Below, piece after piece: positions 29,181-39,535 of a stretch of 64,000 bases of DNA; position 1 is the first letter of the stretch, and every line of letters starts with the position of its first letter. The notes under the pieces were generated by a model that worked only from the letters and a program-made list of their open reading frames with translations, did no database searches and had not been told where the DNA came from. Source of the stretch: a virus (lineage: Duplodnaviria; Heunggongvirae; Uroviricota; Caudoviricetes). The DNA is taken from the IMG/VR virus record IMGVR_UViG_3300006734_000990. The stretch is one strand, 5' to 3'. The position numbers and the translations under genes are program-made.

Positions 29181-29538
29181 GATGTCCGAAGATAGATTTG
29201 ATATCCCCGAATGGATGCTCGAGCGGATAGCGAAATCCTACAAGGAAGAGGTGCTGAAAATTCGCTCGGAGGGATATATGCTCGATTTCTTAACCGGTTG
29301 GCACGGCAAGGATCCCAGCATTACAGTGTTCATTGATGAGGAGGAGTTTGGCAGCGATACCTTTAGCCTCGAGCTGCTCTGCACAGAGCCGGCGCAATAT
29401 TGGCATAATGGCAAGACCATCGATCAGCATCACTATGATCTCATCGGTGAAATCGCGCAGGAGCTCAGAAAACAATCCGACCGTCTTATTGCCGTTCAAG
29501 TTTCACTTGAGATCGTTCGGACTGAAGAACGGCAATAA
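29181..29538 (+). CDS. hypothetical protein (118 aa)
   Basis: AAAGGAG 7 nt before ATG 29181. Confidence 0.5.
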
Positions 29539-29699
29539 GCCTCAGCAACCCAAATGCGACGGGGGGAATAGGCAGGAAATGCTCTGCGAAATACCTTATA
29601 CTGAGGCTTTATCGGCACGGTTCCTGAAATTAAATGCACAGGCCCTGTCATGCACGGTCTGCGGTTGCGATATCTACTTCACACAACCAAGGAGTATTT

Positions 29700-30035
29700 A
29701 TGCGCAACCTCATTCTCACGGCCGCCTTTGGACTTTTCGCCGTGCCGGCCATCGCAGGGTCAATTCAGGGTACCTGGGCAACAGACCCGCAACATTGCAG
29801 CGGCGTCTATCCAGAAACTCAGGTCAAAATCACCGGCAATACCATTCGGTTCATCGAAACCACCTGTGAGCTCACCAATCCCACTGCTCTGCGCGACATG
29901 CCAGAAGCCATGCTCTACGACATGGTTTGTAGCGGTGAAGGTAGCACTTGGTCTGAGCGTGCCTTTATCGGCACGGATTACAACGGGCTGGTCGTTTACA
30001 GCCGCGGCACCGCACGCACCTATCGCAGCTGCTGA
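29700..30035 (+). CDS. small secreted Cys-containing protein with signal peptide
   Basis: AAGGAG before ATG 29700; MRNLILTAAFGLFAVPAIAG signal peptide. Confidence 0.55.
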   Translation: MRNLILTAAFGLFAVPAIAGSIQGTWATDPQHCSGVYPETQVKITGNTIRFIETTCELTNPTALRDMPEAMLYDMVCSGEGSTWSERAFIGTDYNGLVVYSRGTARTYRSC

Positions 30036-30110
30036 ACCACTTTGCCGAGGCGGTTATTCGCTTCGCCTCGGCAATCAAGATTTCCATAAAGTACAAGGGA
30101 TACGACAAAA

Positions 30111-30587
30111 ATGGATAAGAATACCAAGATCATCGTCGCGGGCACTGCCGCAACAGCAGTCAGCTTTTTCCTGCCATGGATTAACACTGGTTTCGGCGGC
30201 ATCGCGCCCTCGAATATTTTCGATATGGGTCCTGATCTCATGACTTTGGGCACATATGTTTTCCTTGGCAGCTTCCTCCTCGCTGCAATCACATGTGTTG
30301 TGTATGCGACAGGTAATGGGAATGCGAAGCTGGCAGTCGCGACTGGGGTGCTGCCCTTCGCGATTTTGGTCATCGCGATCCTGAAAACGGAGTCGCTGAT
30401 CACTGAGGCCTTGGGATCCAACTTCAATTGGAGTGACTTCGGGCAGCTGTTCCAAGTGCTTGGCATCGGAGTGGTGGCCTATTTCGTCGGCTCACTGGTG
30501 ACTGTGATTACCGGCTTTATCGCATTCCATGCAGAAGAGGACGCGGTGAAGTCGGCAGGTGTAGAGCCCAGCGGCGATGTCAGCTGA
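30111..30587 (+). CDS. integral membrane protein (158 aa)
   Basis: Four hydrophobic helices. Confidence 0.55.
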   Translation: MDKNTKIIVAGTAATAVSFFLPWINTGFGGIAPSNIFDMGPDLMTLGTYVFLGSFLLAAITCVVYATGNGNAKLAVATGVLPFAILVIAILKTESLITEALGSNFNWSDFGQLFQVLGIGVVAYFVGSLVTVITGFIAFHAEEDAVKSAGVEPSGDVS

Positions 30588-30639
30588 CCATTGTGCCTAT
30601 ATGGTGAGTAAGTCATCGTAATTAAACTCGCGATACACG

Positions 30640-30676
30640 CCCGGTGGGATTGATCCGCCGGGCATTTTTGCACCCA
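30640..30676 (+). terminator. GCCCGGTG-loop-CGCCGGGC hairpin followed by ATTTTTG
   Basis: 8-bp stem with one GU pair then U-run. Confidence 0.5.
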
Positions 30677-30891
30677 ATCACTGTTTTTTCGCATTGCCTT
30701 TCTGAAACGGATTTCCTAACATCCCCGCATGACACAGGATAAACCCATCTGCGCGATCAATTGGTGGCTGCCTCTCTGAGGCGGCCCAATTCCTGTGACC
30801 AACCCCAGGACCGGCCGCGTGATGCGGCTTGTGATGTCCTGAAAGACCCCTCCCATCATGCGGCTGTCCTCTCTCCATAAAGGACAAGACC

Positions 30892-32028
30892 ATGCAAGAT
30901 CTCTCTACCCTCGAAGGCAAGACCATCCTCACCGGCGACCGGCCCACAGGTCCGCTCCATCTCGGCCATCTGGCCGGGACCCTTCAGGCGCGCGTCGCCC
31001 TGCAGGACAAGAACGACGTGACCATTCTGGTGGCTGATATGCAGGCCCTGACGGATAACGCCGGGCGCGCTGCGGATGTGGCCGCCAATGTGCGCGAGGT
31101 GGTACTCGATTATATCGCGGCCGGCATCGATCCAGACCGGGTCACCATCGTGCGCCAGTCCGAACTGCCAGCCCTCAATGAGCTCACCATGCTCTATATG
31201 AACCTGATCACCGTCCCGCGGCTCATGCGCATCCCGACAATCCGTGAGGAGATCGCCCAGCGCGGCTTTGGCGATGGTACCCCGGCGGGCTTTCTCTGCT
31301 ACCCGGTTAGCCAGGCGGCCGACATCACAGCCTTTGGCGCTGATATCGTGCCCGCGGGCGCCGATCAGGCACCGCTTGTCGAGATCACCGGTGAGATCGC
31401 GGGCAAGGTGAACCGCATGGCAGGGCGCAACTTGCTGGTCACCCCGACCTTGATGCAGTCCAATGCACCGCGGCTGCCGGGCATCGACGGGGCCGGCAAG
31501 ATGTCCAAATCCGCCGGCAATGCGATCGCGCTGCGCGATGGACCAGATGAGATCCGCGCGGCCGTCATGCGGATGTTCACTGATCCTGGCCATCTGAAGG
31601 TCTCTGACCCCGGCAAGGTGGAGGGTAATGTGGTCTTTGCTATGCTCGACGCCTTTGATCCGGATGCCGCAGCTGTAGAGGATCTCGAATCCCAGTACCG
31701 CGCCGGCGGGCTCGGAGACATGGTCCTGAAGCGTCGTTTGGACGGAATCTTGCAGGAGCTGCTGGCGCCGATGCGTGCGCGGCGCGCGGAGCTCGCCTCC
31801 GATGCAGGCTTGGTAGACCATATCCTCGAGGAGGGCCGTAAGCGCGCCCATGTGACCACCATGGAGACCTTGGGGGATGTGCGGCGCGCCTTTGGGTTGG
31901 AAGGGCGCCCAGGGCGCTCTGCGGCACTCACAGAGCTTGTGAGCTTGGGAGAGGACTGCGAGGCGGGAAAGGTCCACGAGGGGCTCGTGGACGCCATTTC
32001 TGCGTCACATACGCGCTTCTCTGCCTGA
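30892..32028 (+). CDS. trpS: tryptophanyl-tRNA synthetase (about 40-aa C-terminal extension relative to compact bacterial TrpRS)
   Basis: HIGH-type PTGPLHLGHLAG, TrpRS hallmark ILVADMQALT (VDxHAIT region), GKMSKSAGNAI KMSKS loop; co-linear with Bacillus TrpRS throughout. Confidence 0.8.
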   Translation: MQDLSTLEGKTILTGDRPTGPLHLGHLAGTLQARVALQDKNDVTILVADMQALTDNAGRAADVAANVREVVLDYIAAGIDPDRVTIVRQSELPALNELTMLYMNLITVPRLMRIPTIREEIAQRGFGDGTPAGFLCYPVSQAADITAFGADIVPAGADQAPLVEITGEIAGKVNRMAGRNLLVTPTLMQSNAPRLPGIDGAGKMSKSAGNAIALRDGPDEIRAAVMRMFTDPGHLKVSDPGKVEGNVVFAMLDAFDPDAAAVEDLESQYRAGGLGDMVLKRRLDGILQELLAPMRARRAELASDAGLVDHILEEGRKRAHVTTMETLGDVRRAFGLEGRPGRSAALTELVSLGEDCEAGKVHEGLVDAISASHTRFSA

Positions 32029-32060
32029 ACAGCTGCCGATTGCGAAGTGAGGGAGGCGTT

Positions 32061-32426
32061 TTAATGCGCTAAGAGCTCTGAAATGGTGCCTTCTTCACCT
32101 GCTCCATCGATGGATTTAACCTCGGCGTAAGCAGAACCGTCGGAAATCTGTGCCAGCGCAATAGACAAAGCTTCCTTGGCATTTGATGCATGTGTTTGAG
32201 CACTGATCACGACTGTGAACTGCTGATCATCCTGTTCAGCGCCGGCTTGCTTGGCCTCACCCTTTACAGCGGTGCCAACAGAGATGATGTCATAGCTGTC
32301 GACATTGAAGCGATCGCGGCCAATATCCAAGATGCTGACAAGGTCTACTTCTGGATCGTATACATTTTCAGGATCGAGCCGATCGCTTGGATCGAAGGTG
32401 ATGCGGGCGGTAATTGTCTGCTGCAT
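32061..32426 (-). CDS. hypothetical acidic protein (121 aa)
   Basis: ORF, coding bias. Confidence 0.45.
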   Translation of the reverse strand: MQQTITARITFDPSDRLDPENVYDPEVDLVSILDIGRDRFNVDSYDIISVGTAVKGEAKQAGAEQDDQQFTVVISAQTHASNAKEALSIALAQISDGSAYAEVKSIDGAGEEGTISELLAH

Positions 32427-32489
32427 TGATCTGCTCCTCTAGGCCAGCTTTAGGCAAATACGAAAGTCCGGGGGTCTCGGTGCTCAGTT

Positions 32490-33302
32490 TCACCGCAGGC
32501 TTTTTGAGCCTGTTGTTTCGGCGTGGTCAGAAATAACTTCCTCAGCGGCCCATCCGGACATTGGGAACTCGACGCAGCCAGTTGCTGCTATCATGCAGCA
32601 AAGCCGGAAAATCTCTTCTTGATCCGAGTCCGACATATCTGCCATGTCCTTGGCGGTGGTGGACGTGTCGATGCCGATGCGCGCGCAGGCTTCCTCCATC
32701 CTGGCCAGCGCATAGGATCGCGCTTCCAGAACCGTTTGTCCTGTAATGGCCATCACCGGAATACAGAGATCTACAGCCTCACCCGGCAGGTTCCTCGTAA
32801 AATTGAAAAGTGCGAAAGGACGCACATCCCCTTTCGATACATCACCCACCACGCCCTCGTTCATAATCGATTGCAAGCACATGGAGTTCAAAATCAGGAC
32901 GGCTGCCTCATCCGCCTCCTCGCGGGTTGTATGGGGCATGCTCAGAGGGGTGCCCATTACGTCGGAGACGCCGGGGGGCACGTTTTTCAGCAAAAGATCC
33001 GCGTACCAGCCTCTCGAGGTGCGGTAGACAACCAATGCGCGGAAGTTATCAACGACAATAAACCGCTGCGTGGCCATCGCCCGCGTCGTGTTGACCTTCA
33101 TCTGAATATTCGGGTCTCGGATAGCTTTTCGGGCATAGGCGCGGGCCTCGGGCAACAGGCGCTTAAGGCGGGCTCGCCCGTCTTTCATTTGCTTGTCGGT
33201 GTAGCGCATCTTCCCTCCAGTTTCACTCGTATCGATATAGGCAGATGAAACCCGTAATGTTAAATGGTAATCCTGTACCGTTTTTCGCATGGCATAATTC
33301 AT
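32490..33302 (-). CDS. hypothetical protein (270 aa); N-terminus MNYAMRKTV coded by ATGCGAAAAAC box
   Basis: ORF; start ambiguous. Confidence 0.45.
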   Translation of the reverse strand: MNYAMRKTVQDYHLTLRVSSAYIDTSETGGKMRYTDKQMKDGRARLKRLLPEARAYARKAIRDPNIQMKVNTTRAMATQRFIVVDNFRALVVYRTSRGWYADLLLKNVPPGVSDVMGTPLSMPHTTREEADEAAVLILNSMCLQSIMNEGVVGDVSKGDVRPFALFNFTRNLPGEAVDLCIPVMAITGQTVLEARSYALARMEEACARIGIDTSTTAKDMADMSDSDQEEIFRLCCMIAATGCVEFPMSGWAAEEVISDHAETTGSKSLR

Positions 33303-33375
33303 TTTTGGAATGAGTTGCCTGTAAGGCTCTGACCTGTGATGCTCCTATGGAACGCCGCAAGGGTAATATCCGGCT

Positions 33376-34464
33376 ATGAAATCGCGGTACTGCACCAACG
33401 CCCAAGGTGAATTGATCGACGTCGATGATCTGACGGTGGAGCGCCGCAATGCCCGCGGCCCCTACATCTGCCTGGGCTGCGGCAATGCCATGCTGCCGGT
33501 CCTCGGCGAGATCCGGGTTCACCACTTCCGTCATGCGTCAGACGCAATTATCGATTGCGCCCATGAGACATATCTCCACCGCGCCGCAAAGATGGCTGTG
33601 GTTGCAGGCTTCACCGCGGCCTGCCGGGATGGGAGGCCCTACAGGCTCACCCGCAACCGCCAGATCAGGTGTATGTCGGCCGCCCAGTTTTTCCCTGAAG
33701 GTTGTAGCAAGTCAGAGGCACCGGAAGTCTTTGATCTGACACAATGGCTCGACTGTGCCCGCGAGGAGATCGGCGTCGACGGGTTCATCGCAGATGTGCT
33801 GCTAAGCAAGAAAGGGCAGGCGGCCCGGCTGCTTGTCGAAATTGAAGTCACCCACCCCTGTGATCCCGCAAAGCTGGCCAGCGGGCTGCCAATTCTGGAG
33901 ACGAAGGTCTCTACCGAGAAAGACATCGACAGGCTACGACGAGGCATCACGATCGACAGTGATCGTGCGCGCGGCTTCAATCTCACGCCCCTCACGGAAC
34001 GAAAGGTGGATCGCTGCAAGATTTGCCCCGTTGAGCAATCCGTTTTTGTCGTGTTTCGAAGCGGGAAAGTGCTGCTCACGACGCAGAGTTGCCGCGCATT
34101 GAAGAAGGTCCTGGCCAAACCGAGCATTGTTCATTGGGAAGTCGTGACCAATGAGTTCTCACGCTACAGGTTCATAGAGCGTTACGATGCCATTGTCCGC
34201 CGTGCGCATTACGATAGAGGCATTCCCATGAGAACATGCCTGCAGTGCAGATATGGTGGCATCAGCAGCTCAGGTGAAACGCCAATGGTGTGTTTCAAGC
34301 AGCGCGGCCGCACTCTGCCGACAGGGGTTAACAAGGCAACGGACTGTTTGGAGTATTCTCCGATACCGAGCTACGAAGAACTTTTGTCAGTCCGTCAGCG
34401 GCAACTGCAAGGGCGGCCGCCAAATCTGGATGACCCTGAGAGCGATAGTCTTATCGAGGACTGA
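33376..34464 (+). CDS. competence protein CoiA-like family protein
   Basis: N-terminal zinc finger plus HxxHxxH: YICLGCGNAMLP...IRVHHFRHAS; mid-region GFIADVLL...LLVEIEV nuclease-like core. Confidence 0.5.
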   Translation: MKSRYCTNAQGELIDVDDLTVERRNARGPYICLGCGNAMLPVLGEIRVHHFRHASDAIIDCAHETYLHRAAKMAVVAGFTAACRDGRPYRLTRNRQIRCMSAAQFFPEGCSKSEAPEVFDLTQWLDCAREEIGVDGFIADVLLSKKGQAARLLVEIEVTHPCDPAKLASGLPILETKVSTEKDIDRLRRGITIDSDRARGFNLTPLTERKVDRCKICPVEQSVFVVFRSGKVLLTTQSCRALKKVLAKPSIVHWEVVTNEFSRYRFIERYDAIVRRAHYDRGIPMRTCLQCRYGGISSSGETPMVCFKQRGRTLPTGVNKATDCLEYSPIPSYEELLSVRQRQLQGRPPNLDDPESDSLIED

Positions 34465-34617
34465 GTTCCTTTCCTTCTATTTGGTTTTTCTTCGTCTTGA
34501 GTAATGATGGACTGAATGAGAATAGAACTGCTGTTTTATACCAGATACACATAAGATGGTTCACAGGTGGCACTTAAACGCTATAATGCGCCTTGTGTGA
34601 CACATAAAGGGTAACGG

Positions 34618-34992
34618 ATGGACAAGCGTAAGATCAACGACACACTCCCTGACCAGGTGATGTCTCGGTTGTCGGTGTTCGGGTCTGATATTTCCGCCGC
34701 GCGGCGTGCGCGCAACATCAGCCAAGCTGATCTGGCGGATCGGATCAACGTCGCGCGCCGCACGGTTGTCAGGATGGAGCAGGGTGACGCGCGTGTCAGT
34801 TTCAGCGCCTATGTCTCCGTCGCCTGGGTGTTTGGCTTGGAGGGTAGGCTCTTTGATGCCTTCAGCTCGGAGACAGACCCGGTACAAATTCGCGAAGCGC
34901 GTTTGAACATCCCACGGCGCATCGATGCACCTCGCGGTGCCAGGCACACTGCTGAGACAGTCTCGGCCGACGACAAAGGATTGGATTTCTAA
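34618..34992 (+). CDS. hipB: HipB-like XRE-family HTH antitoxin
   Basis: ISQADLADRINVARRTVVRMEQG helix-turn-helix; TAATG overlap with hipA. Confidence 0.7.
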   Translation: MDKRKINDTLPDQVMSRLSVFGSDISAARRARNISQADLADRINVARRTVVRMEQGDARVSFSAYVSVAWVFGLEGRLFDAFSSETDPVQIREARLNIPRRIDAPRGARHTAETVSADDKGLDF

Positions 34993-36326
34993 TGGAACAC
35001 AAGGCTATCGTATTTCTCGAACTGCATGGCGAAACTGTTCCTGTGGGACGACTGGTAATTACAGAAGACGGGCGTTATTCGCGCTCGGATTTCGACTACG
35101 GCCGCAAGTACCTCGAGCGCCCGGACGCCGTGGCGATCGACCCCGTTCAGATGCCGCTGGGAAAAGAACACCTGCGCACCCATGAGGACTTCACCCTCTT
35201 CAACGGGATCCGGGATGCAGCGCCTGACGCCTGGGGCCGCAAGCTCATCGATCTTTACATGAAGCGCACCGAGGGGCGGGCCGCTTCCGAGGCCGAGTAT
35301 CTGCTGGTCTCCCAGCGCGGGACCCGGATCGGTGGCGTTCAGTTCGGCCCCACCACGGAAGGGCCTGGCCAGATCCTCGATGTGGGCCTACCCGATGTCT
35401 CCTCTGACCTCGGCACGCTCGAAGCCTTCCAAGAGATGGTCGACACCTTCAAAGCCGGCCGTCATGTGCCGGACCACCTGCTTGATCACGTCTCCCCCGG
35501 TGCAGATCTCGGTGGTGCGCGCCCCAAGGGCACGGTGACGATCAATGATCACCCCTGGCTGGCCAAATTCGGCATCGAGAGCGACAGCATCACTATGGCC
35601 GCGGCCGAGGCTGGCTGCCTGGATCTCTGTGAGATGGCAGGACTGTCGGTTTGCGAGCGCGACATCATCGATGTGGCAGGCCGCCCGACCTTACTGTTGA
35701 AACGCTTTGACCGTGAACCCGATGAGAGCGGCAAGCTCCACCGCAGGCATATGATCTCCGGCCTGACCTTGCTGGGCGCCCATGAGATGGACCGGGCCGC
35801 TTCGGGATATGCAGATCTTTATGATGGCATGCGCCGCTTCGGCGCGGCAGACGATGCCGGAGAGACGATCTACCGGCGCATGGTGATGAATGTCCTGTGC
35901 GGCAATACAGATGATCATTACCGCAACCATGCCTTCCTGCTCAATGATGAGGGGCTCTATGTGCCAAGCCCGGTTTATGACGTCACGCCCTCCACTGGCT
36001 TCTCGACCAGCCGCAGCCTCTTCATGCATCTGGGTAAGGCCGGCTGCGGCCGGGATGCGACGCTGGAGAATGCGGTGGCGGGTGCTGCGAGCCTCGGTGT
36101 GTCCCAGGCGCGCGCGACAGAAATCGCTAATGATCTGAGCCATATGGTGGGTAAGAGTTGGCGCCGCGTTCTGTCGGACCGCGGGGCGACGGAAGCGGAC
36201 CTTGAGACGTTGGAGACGAGCTTCTCGGAAGCTGGCCGGTCTGTAGGTCTGGACCACAGCGCAGTGTTCAATCCTTTCGACACTCCGACGCATGACCGCA
36301 AGGGTCCCGCTTTGCCAAATCCGTAA
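34992..36326 (+). CDS. hipA: HipA-family serine/threonine kinase toxin
   Basis: 444 aa; catalytic-loop motif NTDDHYRNHAFLL (HipA N.DDH.KN.S), N-terminal HipA_N-like region; operon with HTH gene. Confidence 0.8.
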   Translation: MEHKAIVFLELHGETVPVGRLVITEDGRYSRSDFDYGRKYLERPDAVAIDPVQMPLGKEHLRTHEDFTLFNGIRDAAPDAWGRKLIDLYMKRTEGRAASEAEYLLVSQRGTRIGGVQFGPTTEGPGQILDVGLPDVSSDLGTLEAFQEMVDTFKAGRHVPDHLLDHVSPGADLGGARPKGTVTINDHPWLAKFGIESDSITMAAAEAGCLDLCEMAGLSVCERDIIDVAGRPTLLLKRFDREPDESGKLHRRHMISGLTLLGAHEMDRAASGYADLYDGMRRFGAADDAGETIYRRMVMNVLCGNTDDHYRNHAFLLNDEGLYVPSPVYDVTPSTGFSTSRSLFMHLGKAGCGRDATLENAVAGAASLGVSQARATEIANDLSHMVGKSWRRVLSDRGATEADLETLETSFSEAGRSVGLDHSAVFNPFDTPTHDRKGPALPNP

Positions 36327-36342
36327 GGCGTAACACCTCAAG

Positions 36343-36945
36343 CTAAGGCGAAGGCGCATCTTCCTGCGCCTGTTCGCGCCTCTTCTGGGCTTCCTGCTTC
36401 AGCGTGGCCACGCCATCCTTCACCTGCTGTAGGATCTCCTCTTTCGAGAACTGCTGGTCGACGCCATCCGCATAGCGTTGCTTGAACCCCGCAGGAAAAT
36501 GCAGCTTCACCGGGATGCCCAAGGCATGGGCCGCGATGCCACCAGCCATGTCGGCCCCGGTCTGGCCGCCGGAAATCACCTTGGCGATCGGCCAATGCTT
36601 ATGGACTGGGCTCAGGATTTCCAGGAGGCGGATATTCACGAACTCCTGGGTAAACCCATTCCGGTTCATCGTTTGCATGCCGTTGCCAGCGACATTGATG
36701 ACCGGGTTCTTCAGATCGCGGTCCCGCAGCGTGCGGTACAAAAGACGCGCGGCATCGAGGCCGTCCATGGACAGGGGCAGGGCGAGGAACTTGTCTCCGG
36801 CCGCCTTATGGGTGAGGCGCTCACCGCCGGTCTTGTAGTTCGCAGCCACCGCAATCGTCAGATCCCCTTCATGGGCATTGGCATAGGTCCGCGGGCCGTA
36901 GCCTGAAGACTTATGCGCGATGATGTCGATCGGGGCTGCACTCAT
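36343..36945 (-). CDS. SLOG-superfamily / putative molybdenum-carrier (YpsA-like) Rossmann protein
   Basis: VISGGQTGADMAGGIAAHALGIPV glycine-rich nucleotide-binding loop typical of MoCo_carrier/SLOG. Confidence 0.5.
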   Translation of the reverse strand: MSAAPIDIIAHKSSGYGPRTYANAHEGDLTIAVAANYKTGGERLTHKAAGDKFLALPLSMDGLDAARLLYRTLRDRDLKNPVINVAGNGMQTMNRNGFTQEFVNIRLLEILSPVHKHWPIAKVISGGQTGADMAGGIAAHALGIPVKLHFPAGFKQRYADGVDQQFSKEEILQQVKDGVATLKQEAQKRREQAQEDAPSP

Positions 36946-37904
36946 GGCTCGTAGCCCTCTTCCTTCCGGTACTCGTTCCAGTTTTCGAGATCTTTAAGAG
37001 CGACGAGCTCCACCTCATAGGGGGTAAGACGCATCGTGATCGTATTCGTAGACCCCCAATCAATCCAACGCGGATCACCTGTCGCGTTCTTCCCTACCCA
37101 CTGGACAGTCAAAGAACCCGCACCATCCATTTCCCACGGATCGGCCGAGATGGCTTCATCGATAACGCCCTGCGTGTAGATCTCGGCGGCATGGGTTGCG
37201 TCTCGCGCCACCACATACCAATCGCTGCTCTCCATGGAGTTAGGAACACTTACGGAATAGAGGTTCAGCGCGCCAGGCGTCGGAATCTCAATCTCGATGG
37301 GGTCGGTGCTGTGATAGAGCTCGTGCAGATAGGGGTCCAAGACCTCAGGTTGGAATGCACCCATCTCAAGCCGATTGGTGATATCTTCATAATCGAGCGT
37401 GATCGACATCATTTGTCCGCTCAAGCTGACTCCGTCGAGTGCCGCAAAACAGCTGAAGGCCACACCTTCGCAGCGCTTCGACTCATCCGTCTTGTCGTTC
37501 TTTGCCCAATATTCGGCAGTGCCCATGAAAGAGCGAACGATCTGATCGCGAATTTCTTCGGCCGAGTAGGGCGCCGCATCGGTGCGATCCGGGAGCCAGG
37601 ACGGATCCTTCAGCCGAGTCAAGAAGTGATCCGAGAGACCGGGGCTGCTGAAGATGTCCTCATTGTACCAAGGCATGCCCTCGGCTTTCGCTTCGGCAAT
37701 GTCTTCTTCATGCTGTTGCGGTGCGAGCAGGCAGCGCGGAAAATGCGGTGTCTTGCCGTCGAGCAGTGCCAGAAGGCCATAGGCTGTCTTCTCGCATTTC
37801 TGCTCGCGGGTCAGACCAGGCTCGGTCTCAACTTGATGCGCAAATCCACGGGCGAGGCCGAGGAGACGGGCGGATGCTTCGGAAGCGGTCAATTTTTTGG
37901 ACAT
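36942..37904 (-). CDS. hypothetical protein (320 aa), operon with SLOG gene
   Basis: 4-nt overlap with downstream gene. Confidence 0.5.
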   Translation of the reverse strand: MSKKLTASEASARLLGLARGFAHQVETEPGLTREQKCEKTAYGLLALLDGKTPHFPRCLLAPQQHEEDIAEAKAEGMPWYNEDIFSSPGLSDHFLTRLKDPSWLPDRTDAAPYSAEEIRDQIVRSFMGTAEYWAKNDKTDESKRCEGVAFSCFAALDGVSLSGQMMSITLDYEDITNRLEMGAFQPEVLDPYLHELYHSTDPIEIEIPTPGALNLYSVSVPNSMESSDWYVVARDATHAAEIYTQGVIDEAISADPWEMDGAGSLTVQWVGKNATGDPRWIDWGSTNTITMRLTPYEVELVALKDLENWNEYRKEEGYEP

Positions 37905-37971
37905 GTCTTACCTTACTGTGCTTTTCCAGAAGGGTATGGGCGATGAGTGAAAGACCCTAGAAGCTTCTAGG

Positions 37972-38694
37972 TTATCCCCCCAGTGCCTTGCTCCCTGATC
38001 CATCCGGATCCTTGGAGAACAGCAGCAGCTCGAGACAGCGCAGATCAGTGAAGCGATAGCCATGCGCGTCCTCGATGTGGTCGCGAATGCACCGGGTAAG
38101 ATCTGGGCGGCTCGGGATCTCTTCGTGCATGAAGGTCACATAGTTGATGTAGGTCTTCTTCAAATTGAGACTGTAATCAGATATCGAGCCAAACCTCGCG
38201 GCAACGCGGCTGTCCCAGATCGGAAAGATGTCCGGATTGAGCATATGAAGGAGCTTGCTGGTGCCAATCCAAGACCCATTAAGCGGCGCTCGCTTTTCCA
38301 TGGCAGCAATCAGACTGACGGCTTCGGCTTCAGTTCTGATATCTCTGATATCATCGACTGGCGTATTCCTATTGAACGCCTCAGGCTCAAAGGTCTTCAG
38401 GATCGTAGGCATCCAAGCGTAAACGGCGCAGGAGAGGGTTAATAGACCGCTGTGACGCGCATCGTCTTCTATCGCCTGTCCAAGTGCCAGTAAGGCTCCA
38501 TAGGTGCTGTGGTAGCGCAGATTGGTTATGGCTTGGACTGATGTCTCTGCGGTATGACGGGTCAGGAAGTCTTTAGCTGCATCGATGTCCACAAAAAGAT
38601 CTCCTACCCAAAACCCCTTAGGAGTGCCCCGGTTGCCACCAAGGTGCAACCCACGATAACGATGATTTTGGGATTTTTCGCCACTTCCACCCAT
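37972..38694 (-). CDS. hypothetical protein (240 aa)
   Basis: ORF, coding bias. Confidence 0.45.
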   Translation of the reverse strand: MGGSGEKSQNHRYRGLHLGGNRGTPKGFWVGDLFVDIDAAKDFLTRHTAETSVQAITNLRYHSTYGALLALGQAIEDDARHSGLLTLSCAVYAWMPTILKTFEPEAFNRNTPVDDIRDIRTEAEAVSLIAAMEKRAPLNGSWIGTSKLLHMLNPDIFPIWDSRVAARFGSISDYSLNLKKTYINYVTFMHEEIPSRPDLTRCIRDHIEDAHGYRFTDLRCLELLLFSKDPDGSGSKALGG

Positions 38695-38731
38695 AATGAG
38701 TTAACATCAATATTTCATAGGAAATCGATCC

Positions 38732-39532
38732 ATGTCCGGCAAACTCGTTTTTACAGCAGATGATCAGGAAATGATCCTTGAGGCCACGCGCCGTGAAGCC
38801 CGCGGCTTCGCCCGGCCCCAGGATCTCAAAGAGATGCTCGCGCACATTCGGGACGGCGGCACGGCCGTTGCATCCATGCACAAGTTCAACATGGGGTATA
38901 GTCTGCCAGAAGGCGCCACGATCGAATTTACCAAAGCCTGCGAGCAGGGCACAAAAGCAAGGCTTCAGGCCGAGGCCCGCGATCGCAGCAAGCTTGGCAT
39001 GGTGAAGCTTCGCCCACATCAAGAAGCGATGATCAAAGCCGTCCGTGAAATGGACCCGGCAGAGCTGAGCAAGCGCCTGGTGGGGCATTTTGCCCGCCGT
39101 ACGCACCCGATTCCTGATATTGATATCGAGCAATCGAAAGGCCGTATCCACCGCACAGGGCAGAAACCCGTGGAAGTGATCGTGCTTAGTGAGGCCCATG
39201 ATTTCGACAAGTATCACGCGCTGAAAGCGCAGGGTCAGATTGGAAAGACTGTAAAAGGGGGTGAGCCCCTTCCTATGGATGCGGCCCCCATGTTCAGGTC
39301 GCGCCGTCAGCTGTCTCACACCGGGGAGCGCGCGCCGTTGCAGGACTTGGGCCGCATCCATCCCCAGCGGGGTGAGCCTGTGACCGTTGATCTCTCTGAG
39401 CCAGGCCCGGACATCGATGACGCCGTCATGATGCGCGCCAGTGGTAAAGCCGAGGCGCTCCCCAGCCCCGTGGATCCTTTCGCTGAACCGGTGAAGGTAG
39501 AGCTCAATCTTGACGATCAGGAGCCAGAATAA
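38732..39532 (+). CDS. hypothetical protein (266 aa)
   Basis: ORF, coding bias. Confidence 0.5.
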   Translation: MSGKLVFTADDQEMILEATRREARGFARPQDLKEMLAHIRDGGTAVASMHKFNMGYSLPEGATIEFTKACEQGTKARLQAEARDRSKLGMVKLRPHQEAMIKAVREMDPAELSKRLVGHFARRTHPIPDIDIEQSKGRIHRTGQKPVEVIVLSEAHDFDKYHALKAQGQIGKTVKGGEPLPMDAAPMFRSRRQLSHTGERAPLQDLGRIHPQRGEPVTVDLSEPGPDIDDAVMMRASGKAEALPSPVDPFAEPVKVELNLDDQEPE

Positions 39533-39535
39533 GGC

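Noticed and set aside
30856-31977. 373-aa minus-strand ORF
   Set aside because: Antisense to TrpRS.
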